From Bacteroidales bacterium (GTDB taxonomy: Bacteria > Bacteroidota > Bacteroidia > Bacteroidales > GCA-2711565), in the NCBI GenBank assembly GCA_963674935.2, contig CAXXWZ010000007.1, forward strand, positions 748,710 to 812,709: 64,000 bases of DNA, given 5' to 3'. Positions 49,778 through 59,967 of this stretch are shown here, in pieces. Below the pieces are notes generated by a model. That model worked only from the letters and a program-made list of their open reading frames with translations, searched no databases and had not been told where the DNA came from. Position 1 is the stretch's first letter. Every line of letters starts with the position of its first letter. A program made the translations under genes and the position numbers.

Positions 49778-51853
49778 TTAGTTATTTGCTGCTAGTGCTT
49801 CGTCAAGTAATGCTTTCCAGAAAGCAACCTGAGCTTGTGCAGCAACTAGACGTGCATTAAGCTCTACTAAGTCAGACTGGAATTTATCATAATTAACTAA
49901 ACCGGTAGCGTAAGTCCATTCAGCAACACCTACAGTAGTTTCAGCAGCTGTTACAGCACCTTCAGCTGCAGTTATAGCAGCTTCAAAAGCAGCTAAGAAT
50001 GCATCTTCACCAGTTTCAAGTGTAGCATATAATCCTCTTAATGCAATTAAAAGAGTTTTTTCAACACCTCTTTGTGCAACTACACTGTCTAATAATCTGG
50101 TTGGTTCAAATACAATAGCTAATGCAGCTTTTTTAGCATCCCAAGTAGCTTTTTTAGCATCTTTGGTTGCTAATTTTGAAGCAACAGTAGCATTTAATGC
50201 AGCTACGAAATCATCATAATATGCATCTTTCCATGTGTTATAATCTGCACGAACTGCTTCTTTAGCCGCAGCAGCAGCAACAGAGTCAGCAACTAGATCA
50301 TCAACAAATGTTTGGTGATATAGATAATCTGAAATTAAATCAGGTAATGCAGCAGTTGCATTATCTATAGCAGTTTGTTGAGTTGCGATTGCAGCAAAAG
50401 CAACATTTCTACGTCCGTATAATACAGCAGGGTTTACAGTAGTTGATGGTGTACCTAAGAATGCAACTAAACTTGCACCAGTTGTAGTCCAAGCAGTTGA
50501 AGCAGCTCTCCAAATTGGACCAGTAACGGCTGTGTCAGCTAATGCTGCAGTAACAGCTAAGTTGTCAAGGAATTCACCTGCACTTACATAATAAACACTG
50601 TCAGCATAACCATCCCAATATACGGTTGAATCTCCAGTACGAGCAGGACCATAAGGTAGTGCATTATATGCAGCATAATGACTAGCCATGCTTGCTACTA
50701 ATAAGGCTTGTGCAGCATCGGCAGCAACGGTATCTGCAATTGCAGCATTAAGTTGAGCTGTGTCTAAAACCCATGCAGCATAAGCTACAGCAGAGTCATT
50801 TTGAATGCTATCGATATCATAAACATAAGCAATTACTGAATCACGTAATACATTGTAAGCAGCAGTTACTGCAGTAAGTCCAGTAGCAATCGTAGTTTGT
50901 GCAGCTGTCATTGCAGTATAAGATGCTAATGTATCAGCAGCTTTAGCTGTAAGAAGGCTGTCAGCAACAAATAAATTTCTTAATGCATCTTTCCAGAATT
51001 CTGGAATGTTACCATTCATAACTGTATCTGCAAGAAATGCAGTTTCAGCAGAATCTGGTTTTGCAGCAAGAACCGCATTGTTATAAGCAAGGTTAGCAGC
51101 AGAGTATGCAGCAGAGGCAGCAGCTTCAGCAGCAGCTTCAGTAGCGTAATCAGCTTCCATGTTTTTACGGTCAATAGCTAATTGCTTAAGCTCTTGTTCT
51201 AATAAAACAGAGTCTTGATACCTTTGTGCGATATTAGCTTTAGTTGCAGCAGGGTCACCTAATAATGCTTTAGCAGTAACTAATTCAGCTTCTAAACCAG
51301 CTAAAGTAGCTTGTGCAGCAGCTAAAGTAGCTTTTGCAGCTGTAAGCGCAGAGTCAGTACCATTAACAAGGTCAAGGTTAAGCATAACAATTTGTCTTTG
51401 CTTATCCAAGATGTTTGCTTCAATACCATTAACAACTAAAATTGCAGCGGTATAATTACCAAAGTATAATGTTACAGCAGCATCTTTAGCAGTTTGAACA
51501 GCTAATTCATATGCATCCTGTAATACTTGGTCAGCACGTTGTGCAGCAACAAGTGCAATTTCGTTTGTTTTAATTAATTGAGCTAAATTTTCAAGAGCTA
51601 AAGCAGTTGCAGCGTCAGTTCCAGCAGCAGTTGCAAGGTTCATTTGAGCTATGGCATCTTGTACGCCAGCTTGTGCAATTGTTAATTGAGCATCAGCATT
51701 AGCTTTAATAAGCTCAGCTTGTGCTTTAGCATTTAAAAATGCAGCGTAAGCAGTACGTATCTGTTCGATACTTGGGCTCACTTCATTTTTCATACAGCTT
51801 GTAAGTAACAAAGCTGAAGCGAAAAATGCGATCAGTGTAATTTTGATTTTCAT
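49778..51853 (-). CDS. Ala-rich, predicted all-helical surface/periplasmic lipoprotein of unknown function
   Basis: ORF 49778..51877. The likely start is MKIKITLIAFFASALLLTSC (ATG 51851-51853, lipobox LLTSC). The remainder is dominated by Ala/Thr/Leu/Asp (for example AAAEAAASAAYSAANLAYNNAVLAAK). A perfect TATATTTG -7 box lies at 51951-51958. Confidence 0.6.
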   Translation of the reverse strand: MKIKITLIAFFASALLLTSCMKNEVSPSIEQIRTAYAAFLNAKAQAELIKANADAQLTIAQAGVQDAIAQMNLATAAGTDAATALALENLAQLIKTNEIALVAAQRADQVLQDAYELAVQTAKDAAVTLYFGNYTAAILVVNGIEANILDKQRQIVMLNLDLVNGTDSALTAAKATLAAAQATLAGLEAELVTAKALLGDPAATKANIAQRYQDSVLLEQELKQLAIDRKNMEADYATEAAAEAAASAAYSAANLAYNNAVLAAKPDSAETAFLADTVMNGNIPEFWKDALRNLFVADSLLTAKAADTLASYTAMTAAQTTIATGLTAVTAAYNVLRDSVIAYVYDIDSIQNDSAVAYAAWVLDTAQLNAAIADTVAADAAQALLVASMASHYAAYNALPYGPARTGDSTVYWDGYADSVYYVSAGEFLDNLAVTAALADTAVTGPIWRAASTAWTTTGASLVAFLGTPSTTVNPAVLYGRRNVAFAAIATQQTAIDNATAALPDLISDYLYHQTFVDDLVADSVAAAAAKEAVRADYNTWKDAYYDDFVAALNATVASKLATKDAKKATWDAKKAALAIVFEPTRLLDSVVAQRGVEKTLLIALRGLYATLETGEDAFLAAFEAAITAAEGAVTAAETTVGVAEWTYATGLVNYDKFQSDLVELNARLVAAQAQVAFWKALLDEALAANN

Positions 51854-52311
51854 GAGTTTTTTTTTTTGATTAAACAAATGATTAATAAATAATATGAATT
51901 GATTAAAAGAAATTCCCTTTTTGTTTCTCGGCGAATTTCACGAATTAGTACAAATATACCATTTTCAATCCGCTATAAAAAAAAAGATCTAATACTAATA
52001 GGAGAACATAGAAATCCCCTATTCTAAAAAGCCATATAATGTGCACAAATACAGGAAGTTAAAATACTATATTAATTTTGATAATAATTTATAAAAAATA
52101 CGTATATTTGCTCAAAATCACATGGTTTTGCCATACGGGAATATTTTCTTCCCTTATTATCTAACCTTGATTATTTATTCTTTGATGGATTTTTGAAACT
52201 GTTGTTATTATTATGTATTCGGAGCGCGTAAAAAGAAATTTAGGACAAATTATTGCAGTCAGAATTTACGAAATCAGAAAAAGATTAGAAGTTATTTTTC
52301 TTAACATTTTT

Positions 52312-53772
52312 ATGAACAATGCGATGTTAAAAACGATGGTGGTATTATTGTTTGTGCTAATACCTTATGTTGCTATAAGCCAGGTAGAAACGCCATATGG
52401 TACAGATGAGATTGCCAATACTTTTACTGAGGATACCTTTATATTGGGATATATTGAATCTAAATACACCTTCTATATATTGACTAAAACAGAGTATTGG
52501 GAATTGAAAATGATTAGTGAACGAAATTTGGTGAGAAATTATTACCAAAGAAATGACATGGCAATTGAGGCAGAGATAAAAGACTTGACCTGGGTTACAA
52601 CTGATAGTGCTGCCTATCTTGTTGCAGAAGGTAGTGGGTATATGTATGAATTTACAGGCAACTCAATCATTAGATTAGAAAACACTTTCGATCAACGGTC
52701 TAACACTGCTTCTACTTATTTTGTGCATCAAAATTGTATCTTTAATTATAGTGGATACGGATATTTTCAATATCCGTCATTCTTTTCAAAATATGATTTT
52801 AAAACACGAAAACAATCGGCCTACCTTACCACAGATGGTGTGTTAGTTCCTCCCTCACAAATAAATTTATTGTCACTTTACAATAGCGAAAATAATTCGC
52901 TTTATGTTTGGGGAGGTGCAAAAGTTGCTTATACAAATTCAGTTTCAAGTATGATAAATAACACAAATGTACTTTGGCGGCTGGATTTAGACAAAAAAAT
53001 GTGGGAGCAAATTGGGGTGGTAAATATGCCTGCAGTTTTTACCGATAATAAAAACACGGATTCATTTATAACATTTAAATCAAACAAAGAATTGTTTTCA
53101 ATACTTGGAAATAAACTTTATGAATTTAATATACTCGAAAATAAAATTTCAACTTATAAGAATATTGAGGATTTTGATTTAATTGTTGATGCAAAAATCC
53201 AGCCAGCTTATAGCCCTTCTCACAAAGCATTATTATTATCTAGCATTCCTTTTCCCAATCAAAATATAAGAAGAATTCGATTTGTGAAATTGTCGAATTA
53301 TAAATCTGAGCTAGAATCAGAAACAAAGTTGTTGAAGACACACCTTAAAACAATTGTTACCTATAGTATATTGATAGTATTGTTATTGGGTTTAATTTAT
53401 TTGACTTATTATATATATAAAAACTATTATGTTTTTAGAAATAAACTTATCATTCTTCGAAATGCCAAGACGATTAAATTCAACAATAAACTGATTAAAG
53501 TGTTAGATACAGAAGAATCGGAATTGGTATTTTGGATTGCTCAGAGCGAGGATTATGTGAGTACTACATATATTATGGATCGCCCTTCTGATGGTTCTCA
53601 GTCGTATGAAAGTATGAAAAAAAGGAAACTCAGCACCATGAAATCCATAGAAGTAAAATTGGGTGCATTTTCGCAAGTTAAAAAACCTGTTTTTAAAGAA
53701 AAGAAATCAACTGAAGATTTACGACTTAAGGAATACAAGCTTAATAATGACTGGATTATCGTTCAGGATTAA
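52312..53772 (+). CDS. membrane-anchored protein: N-terminal exported domain, one TM, about 115-aa cytoplasmic tail (possible DNA-binding tail)
   Basis: ORF 52213..53772, with a likely start at MNNAMLKTMVVLLFVLIPYVAISQ (ATG 52312). TM helix IVTYSILIVLLLGLIYLTYYIY sits about 350 residues in. The tail is ...LIKVLDTEESELVFWIAQSEDYVSTTYIM...KKRKLSTMKSIEVKL... Confidence 0.5.
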   Translation: MNNAMLKTMVVLLFVLIPYVAISQVETPYGTDEIANTFTEDTFILGYIESKYTFYILTKTEYWELKMISERNLVRNYYQRNDMAIEAEIKDLTWVTTDSAAYLVAEGSGYMYEFTGNSIIRLENTFDQRSNTASTYFVHQNCIFNYSGYGYFQYPSFFSKYDFKTRKQSAYLTTDGVLVPPSQINLLSLYNSENNSLYVWGGAKVAYTNSVSSMINNTNVLWRLDLDKKMWEQIGVVNMPAVFTDNKNTDSFITFKSNKELFSILGNKLYEFNILENKISTYKNIEDFDLIVDAKIQPAYSPSHKALLLSSIPFPNQNIRRIRFVKLSNYKSELESETKLLKTHLKTIVTYSILIVLLLGLIYLTYYIYKNYYVFRNKLIILRNAKTIKFNNKLIKVLDTEESELVFWIAQSEDYVSTTYIMDRPSDGSQSYESMKKRKLSTMKSIEVKLGAFSQVKKPVFKEKKSTEDLRLKEYKLNNDWIIVQD

Positions 53773-53785
53773 GTTTAAAGCCCTC

Positions 53786-54301
53786 CTAATCAACAATCTC
53801 TTTCTTAAGTAGCTTTCCGGTTTTGAAGGAATAAAATCGCTGAATAAAGTAGCTGTAAGTTACAACTATAACCGTGGTTAAAATTTTTGATAATGTCGCA
53901 TCAATTCCAAAATTTTCAACAAATAACTTTAATAAAACATAGTTCATCAAAATGGCTCCACCAACCGTTACACCATATCTGAATAATTGAACACGCCCTT
54001 TCATCGATGAGCTGGTGAATGTGATATATTTGGCCAATAAAAATCCGGTTGTAAATGTGAAAGGGAAAACAAAAAGAAATGCAGCAATGTGAGGGCTAAT
54101 GGCAATAAATTCAAATTCAATAATTTGCTTGTCAATAACATAGCTATAACAAATAAAATACAGAAAAATATCGAGAATTGTATTCGCTCCACCGGTGGCT
54201 GCATAACGAAAGGTTTCGATTGGTAAAATTTTTGAAAATGGGGGGTAAATAAAGTCAATTAAATTTATTATAGTTTTTTGAAGGACAGGAAGTGGATTCA
54301 T
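53786..54301 (-). CDS. GtrA-family membrane protein
   Basis: 171-aa ORF with 4 TM helices. N-terminal FRYAATGGANTILDIFLYF is GtrA-like. Confidence 0.7.
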   Translation of the reverse strand: MNPLPVLQKTIINLIDFIYPPFSKILPIETFRYAATGGANTILDIFLYFICYSYVIDKQIIEFEFIAISPHIAAFLFVFPFTFTTGFLLAKYITFTSSSMKGRVQLFRYGVTVGGAILMNYVLLKLFVENFGIDATLSKILTTVIVVTYSYFIQRFYSFKTGKLLKKEIVD

Positions 54302-54471
54302 TCAAAAGTAAAGTTTAGTTAAAACGGGAACACGAAAATACAATTTTTATCTAAATAGGATCAAATATATTTTTCGATCTTTAAATTGCCTTTAAATAAA
54401 GAAGCCGAAGAGTTTTTCTCTTCGGCTTCTGGAATTATTGTTCAATTTAGAACAAAACTCATGAAACGATT

Positions 54472-55962
54472 TTATAAATCATTTTGAACCATTAATGGGT
54501 TAGCATCCAACTCATATTGAGGGATTAACCATGCCCATTTGTTGTCACCTGCAGGAACTTGCATAATTGCAGCAAGAGATAGCTGGTGAGTAGAATTGGT
54601 TCTGTCTAATGGTAAGTTTAATCGTTTAAGATCTAACCAACGGAATCCTTCACCCCAAAGTTCAACACGTCGCTGAGTCATGATTTCCTCGATGAGTGCA
54701 GCACCTGTATTTGTTGATTTGGTGTATGCAGGATCTCTGGTAATTACCATATCATATAATACCTGAGCAGCAGCAGCATCTTGTCCTTGACGGGCTTTTG
54801 CTTCAGCTTCAATCAGGTACATTTCAGCGGCACGCATCATGGGTACATCAACCCGACTATCAGCATTATCAACCGCAATAAATTTTTGGTTGGTATAAGG
54901 ATGTCGTGAATGAGAAGATAATAGGTTTACACCTGGTTGTAAATCAGCATGTAATCCATCTTCACTCCATAATGTTTTTCTAACATCAGTAGCTGAAATC
55001 ATGTCGTATAAAGGACCTGATATTGATCTTGGGTTACTCCTGATAGCAGAAGAACTCATGTTTCTTGACATATAGGCTCCGTAAGCTGCCCATTTATCAT
55101 TTTGATCAACTGATGTTATTTGGCTAGCCCACATAAACTCATCAATGTCCTGACTTTTGATTCTGAAACCTTCGCGATAGGTATCCATATCCATTAAGGT
55201 ATAATTAGCCTTAGCTTCAGCAGCTAATTGTGCAGCAACTGCGTAATTACCCATTGTTAGAGCAACACGTGCTTTTACACCTTTTGCAACATCAGCAGTC
55301 ATATTTGATTTATTAGGTGCATTGTAACCAGCTAATAAAGTTATTGCCTGATCTAAATCGGCAAGAATATTTGTATACACTTCAGCAACGGTATTTCTAG
55401 CCATACCTTCAGATAATGCTTCAACCATATAAGGAACACCTAAATGTGAATTGGCTCCTCCTGGCTCGTAACGCTTCGCATATTGTCTTACCAAATTAAA
55501 GTGGCTCCATGCACGATAAAGCAATGATTGCCCCACAATTGCATTTTTCTCACTCTGAGGTCCGACAGCTTCTTCGGCACCATTGATTAAAATATTTACG
55601 TTTGAAATAATTTGGTAATGTGTACGCCAGCCAAAGTAATTATAATAATGAGTAGGATCTACCATTGATTCCCATCTATAAACCTGACGATACCATTGAG
55701 ATGCATTTTGAGGCTGATCTTCACCGGCAACATCCATTTGAATAAACCATGATCCTATTCCACCAAGGCCTTGCTGTTCAAATCGATAATATATTCTTCT
55801 GTGAACCCCATTTAACGAAGCCCACATATTTGAAGTGGTTGCCGTAACTGCAGCTGCAGAAATAGCATCTGTAGGATAGGTTTCCAGAAACTCTTTCTCA
55901 CAGGAAGTAAGAATAATACTTGCTGCGAAAATAACAATGAAACTATAAATTATTTTTTTCAT
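54472..55962 (-). CDS. susD: SusD/RagB family nutrient-binding outer-membrane lipoprotein
   Basis: 496-aa ORF with lipobox ILTSC. Lies immediately downstream (10 nt) of the SusC-like gene. C-terminal RRVELWGEGFRWLDLKR is the SusD family motif. Confidence 0.9.
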   Translation of the reverse strand: MKKIIYSFIVIFAASIILTSCEKEFLETYPTDAISAAAVTATTSNMWASLNGVHRRIYYRFEQQGLGGIGSWFIQMDVAGEDQPQNASQWYRQVYRWESMVDPTHYYNYFGWRTHYQIISNVNILINGAEEAVGPQSEKNAIVGQSLLYRAWSHFNLVRQYAKRYEPGGANSHLGVPYMVEALSEGMARNTVAEVYTNILADLDQAITLLAGYNAPNKSNMTADVAKGVKARVALTMGNYAVAAQLAAEAKANYTLMDMDTYREGFRIKSQDIDEFMWASQITSVDQNDKWAAYGAYMSRNMSSSAIRSNPRSISGPLYDMISATDVRKTLWSEDGLHADLQPGVNLLSSHSRHPYTNQKFIAVDNADSRVDVPMMRAAEMYLIEAEAKARQGQDAAAAQVLYDMVITRDPAYTKSTNTGAALIEEIMTQRRVELWGEGFRWLDLKRLNLPLDRTNSTHQLSLAAIMQVPAGDNKWAWLIPQYELDANPLMVQNDL

Positions 55963-55972
55963 ATCTCTCTAA

Positions 55973-58900
55973 TTAAAATTTAACATTAAGACCCAAAGTG
56001 ATTACTCTTGAAGGAGTAAAAGCATTTGAAGTATTTCCTGAGAATGCTTGTTGCATATTCATTCCTTTACGTGCGTTGATATAGAACAAGTTTTCTCCAC
56101 TACAATAAGCTCTGGCTTCACTTATTCCCCATTTATCAATAAAACTTTTTGGTAAATTGTAAGAAAGAGTGAATTGTTTAAACGCTAAAAATGATGCATC
56201 TGTAAAATACCTATCAGAACTTCCACCTTCAAGATCCGTTGCTTGGGTATCGTCAATTCTAGGAATATCAGTTACATCACCAGGGTTTTGCCATCTGTTA
56301 AGCATATCAGTTGATAAACCACTACCGTAAGAATCTACTTGTAGGGTACTTTGATAGTTGCCATCGTTGATTATACCACCAATTTGGTAAGTAAACATGA
56401 ATCTAAATTCAAAATCTTTATAGTTAAAAGTATTTGTAATTGCACCCCAAACATCTGGTCGGGCACTACCTGCGTAATAATATCGGGCATTGTTGTTATG
56501 AGGAGTAATTGTATCATTACCCAAAATATACACATCAGGTCCTGTAACATCATCAGCGCGATACATGGCATCACCATTGTCAGGGTTAACACCTAACCAT
56601 TCTTTTCTCCAAAAATCATGTAAGCCGTAACCAACAGAGTATTTTTTAGTTCCGTCAATAATTTCTTCCTGAGGTAATCTGGTAAATTCATTCACGTTAG
56701 TTGAAGCGTTAAAATTCACATTCCATGCGAAGTCTTTATTTCTTAAAACTTCGTAGTTAAGTGAGATTTCAAAACCCTTATTCAATAAACGGCCAATGTT
56801 GGCATTTCTATCATCTAATCCTAAAGAGTAAGGTAATGGAACCTGGAAGATTAGATCTTCGGATGCTTTATTGTAATATTCAATGGTTCCGAATAGTTTA
56901 TTGAATAGACCAAATTCAACAGCCACATCAAATGCATTATTAGATTCCCAAACAAGATCATAAGCAGGTAAACTTGACTGATATACACCGGCAGCACTTT
57001 GATTATTCCATCCTAGTTCATATAATGCCTGATAAGCATATAGTCCGATTCCTCTATCGGTACCTGTTTGTCCGTAAGAAGCTCTGAATTTCAACATTTG
57101 AACCCAGTCTAAATCCTGGATAAATGCTTCCTGATCAAGTCTCCAGCTACCACCAATTGACCAAAAATCTCCCCAACGGTTCTCTTCGTAAAATCGAGAA
57201 GATCCATCTCTACGATAAGATGCAGATAGAAAATATTTTCCATCATAATCATAGTTAACGCGACTTAAATAACTCTCTAAAGTTCGTTCATCAACACGTC
57301 CTCCAACGCCATTGATGTTAACATAGTTATCAAGTTGAACATTTCCTTCCAAAACTTGGGCAGTCATTGATCCTGTTAATCGTTCATAATGCCAATCGTA
57401 TGACTCATGACCTGCTAAAACACTAAAATTGTGTTTGTCAATTGTTTTTGTGTAAGTAAGTAATTGGTTAAAGTTAACAGTAGTTGTATTTGTATATGTT
57501 CGATAAGAACGTCCACCTGGCGCACCATCTCCTACAAATGCGTTATTGGAAAATGCATTGAAGTATTGTCGTTGATCCCAACTTACATTGGTATTGAAAG
57601 TAAGATCTTTCATCAACTTAACTTCAAAATAAGTTTTTCCATTAATTGCAGTAACTTCATCTTGATCTGAATCCCAAAGGATTTCTGCTAAGATGTGCCT
57701 TCCTGTACTAGCTCCTGAAGGACGACCATCTTGAATATCCATAATCTTGTCACCATTATCATCTAAAATATAGGCTCCTGTTACTGGATCATGCTGATGT
57801 ATTGCATAAATAGGTCCCATTTGTCTGGTGAACCTAATTGGGTTTACATAAGTAGTTGAACTTGATACCTGAGCAAAATTTGTTTTGGTATTTGAAGCAG
57901 AGATATTAAAACCTGTTTTAAGCCATTTTGTAGCTTGGAAATTTACATTGGCTCTACCTGAGAATCGTTTAAAATCTGATTCCAGAATCCATCCGTCTTC
58001 GCTGAGGTAACCTAAAGAAACATAATAATCTGCTTTTTTAGTTCCACCTGAATATGATAAATCATAATTATCACGTTTGCCAGGTTTTTCAATTGCACCT
58101 AACCAGTCTAAATCATCAGGCCATAGTAAGCGAGCACTTGAGTTTAATTTACCGTCTATACCAACAACTTGGTCAGAAGCTACATTATAAGGGTTTATTC
58201 TGAGGTGTGAACCATCAAAAAGGTTAGCACTTGCTTCAGCGTTAGCATCTGCTAAAGAAAAACCGTTTGATAATAGTCCATTTCTGTATCCTTCCCACAT
58301 TGTTTCAACATAATCGCCAGGGCCCATCATATCATATTCAGGTTGAGCACGGCTCACAAATCCGTGAGAAACATCTAGTGTTAAACGTCCGCCACCTTCG
58401 CGTCCTTTTTTTGTAGTTACCATAACAACACCATTTGCAGCTCTGTTACCATAAAGTGCTGTAGAAGCAGCATCTTTAAGGATAGTAATGCTTTCCATGT
58501 CATTTGGATTGATGGTATTGAGATCTCCCTCGAAAGGAACACCGTCAACAACATAAAGAGGTGCGTTTTCGGCAGAATAAGATCCAAAACCACGTACTCT
58601 AATTTCCTGACTGGCACCTGGTTGTCCGCTACCTGCTGTAACTTCAACTCCGGCTGCTAAACCTTCAATGGCTCTTGAGATATTTGAAATTGGACGTGAT
58701 TCAATTTTGTCTGCGTTGATTTGTACAGCCGAACCTGTGAAAGCACTTTTTTTGGCTGAACCATAAGCAACAACAATCACCTCATCCAGTTGCAGAAGAT
58801 CTTCTTCCATTGCAAGGTTTATAACTGTTTGATTTCCAATCTCAACTTCAACAGTTTTCATCCCAATAAATGAGAATTCAAGAATTTGAGCATTGGCTGG

Positions 58901-59092
58901 AACAGATAAAGTATAATTTCCGTCCATGTCTGTGGTTATTCCAGTGGTTGTACCTTTTACTACAACCTGTACACCTGGAATTGTTGTTCCATCAGCTGCA
59001 TTGGTTACCTTACCACTAATTACTTTCCCTTGTGCAAATGAAATTTGCATTCCAAGAAAGAGCAAGAATAAAATTGTTAATGTTCGTTTCAT
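55973..59092 (-). CDS. susC: SusC/RagA family TonB-linked outer-membrane protein
   Basis: 1039-aa ORF with CarboxypepD_reg, a TonB-box region (DEVIVVAYG), plug (ITILKDAASTALYGNRAANGVVMVTTKKG) and a barrel ending ...LGLNVKF. Confidence 0.93.
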   Translation of the reverse strand: MKRTLTILFLLFLGMQISFAQGKVISGKVTNAADGTTIPGVQVVVKGTTTGITTDMDGNYTLSVPANAQILEFSFIGMKTVEVEIGNQTVINLAMEEDLLQLDEVIVVAYGSAKKSAFTGSAVQINADKIESRPISNISRAIEGLAAGVEVTAGSGQPGASQEIRVRGFGSYSAENAPLYVVDGVPFEGDLNTINPNDMESITILKDAASTALYGNRAANGVVMVTTKKGREGGGRLTLDVSHGFVSRAQPEYDMMGPGDYVETMWEGYRNGLLSNGFSLADANAEASANLFDGSHLRINPYNVASDQVVGIDGKLNSSARLLWPDDLDWLGAIEKPGKRDNYDLSYSGGTKKADYYVSLGYLSEDGWILESDFKRFSGRANVNFQATKWLKTGFNISASNTKTNFAQVSSSTTYVNPIRFTRQMGPIYAIHQHDPVTGAYILDDNGDKIMDIQDGRPSGASTGRHILAEILWDSDQDEVTAINGKTYFEVKLMKDLTFNTNVSWDQRQYFNAFSNNAFVGDGAPGGRSYRTYTNTTTVNFNQLLTYTKTIDKHNFSVLAGHESYDWHYERLTGSMTAQVLEGNVQLDNYVNINGVGGRVDERTLESYLSRVNYDYDGKYFLSASYRRDGSSRFYEENRWGDFWSIGGSWRLDQEAFIQDLDWVQMLKFRASYGQTGTDRGIGLYAYQALYELGWNNQSAAGVYQSSLPAYDLVWESNNAFDVAVEFGLFNKLFGTIEYYNKASEDLIFQVPLPYSLGLDDRNANIGRLLNKGFEISLNYEVLRNKDFAWNVNFNASTNVNEFTRLPQEEIIDGTKKYSVGYGLHDFWRKEWLGVNPDNGDAMYRADDVTGPDVYILGNDTITPHNNNARYYYAGSARPDVWGAITNTFNYKDFEFRFMFTYQIGGIINDGNYQSTLQVDSYGSGLSTDMLNRWQNPGDVTDIPRIDDTQATDLEGGSSDRYFTDASFLAFKQFTLSYNLPKSFIDKWGISEARAYCSGENLFYINARKGMNMQQAFSGNTSNAFTPSRVITLGLNVKF

Positions 59093-59908
59093 AAATAATA
59101 ATTTTGGTTAGATTATATTTAAATAATTAATGTGAAATATTTATACCTTCTTTATTATAAAAGCATGTATTTAGTATAAAAAGTATAAATAGGGTAAGTA
59201 GTTAATGTTTTTTCATAGGCAATACGTTTTGTTCTTAAATAGGGGTTAGTGATTCGATTTATTAATTTGAGTTTATGAAAATAAGAAAAAATCATAAAAA
59301 ATCATAAAAAAATATTGAAAGACTGACAGCATGTATAAGTTAACTTACTAATTCTCATAGAAAATGTAATGCTTTTTACTTTTTAAATTATTAATAATAA
59401 TGACAGCTTTTGAAATCTTCTACTATCCTATAAAACAGTTAAGTAATAATGATAATTTACTTTTAAATTAAATGTTACTTTTTTTAGTCAAAGGAATGCA
59501 TCCATAATTATAATGAGCTGATTATCTTATTTTTATTTTTTTAAAAAATGTTAGAAAATTAACATAAAATGTTAGGAATCCTAAAGAAAAGGAGTAAAAT
59601 GCTAATAAATAGTTACCAAAAAATATCTCTGTTTTTATAAAAAATGGCGTATAATTTTAATAAATGTGCAGAAAATCGACAAATATGTAGTTTTCATTGA
59701 CACAAATGCATTAATAATACATCTAATAATGGATGGATGTTATTAACAGACTTAATAATTATTTAAATCTTCAGACACTTCAATTTTTATATATAATAAG
59801 TTTAAAGGTTGGTGATTTTTTAGCACATTTTATTTCAAAACTAGAGATATAAAAAATAACATTGAAATAGTTTGGTAACAATACCTATTAACAATTGAAT
59901 TTTTATAC

Positions 59909-59944
59909 AAAAAAGTGCAGCTAATCCATCTAATTAACTGCACT
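59909..59944 (-). terminator. rho-independent terminator after the SHOCT-domain gene
   Basis: AGTGCAG-(17-nt loop)-CTGCACT (59914-59944). On the minus strand it is followed by U6. Confidence 0.55.
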
Positions 59945-59967
59945 TTAAAAAGTAAGATTAAAATAAT

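Noticed and set aside
59100-59960. Short direct repeats in the AT-rich spacer, considered as a CRISPR-like or tandem-repeat array.
   Set aside because: There are only two or three imperfect copies of 8-11 nt and no regular repeat-spacer periodicity. This is consistent with low-complexity AT-rich DNA.
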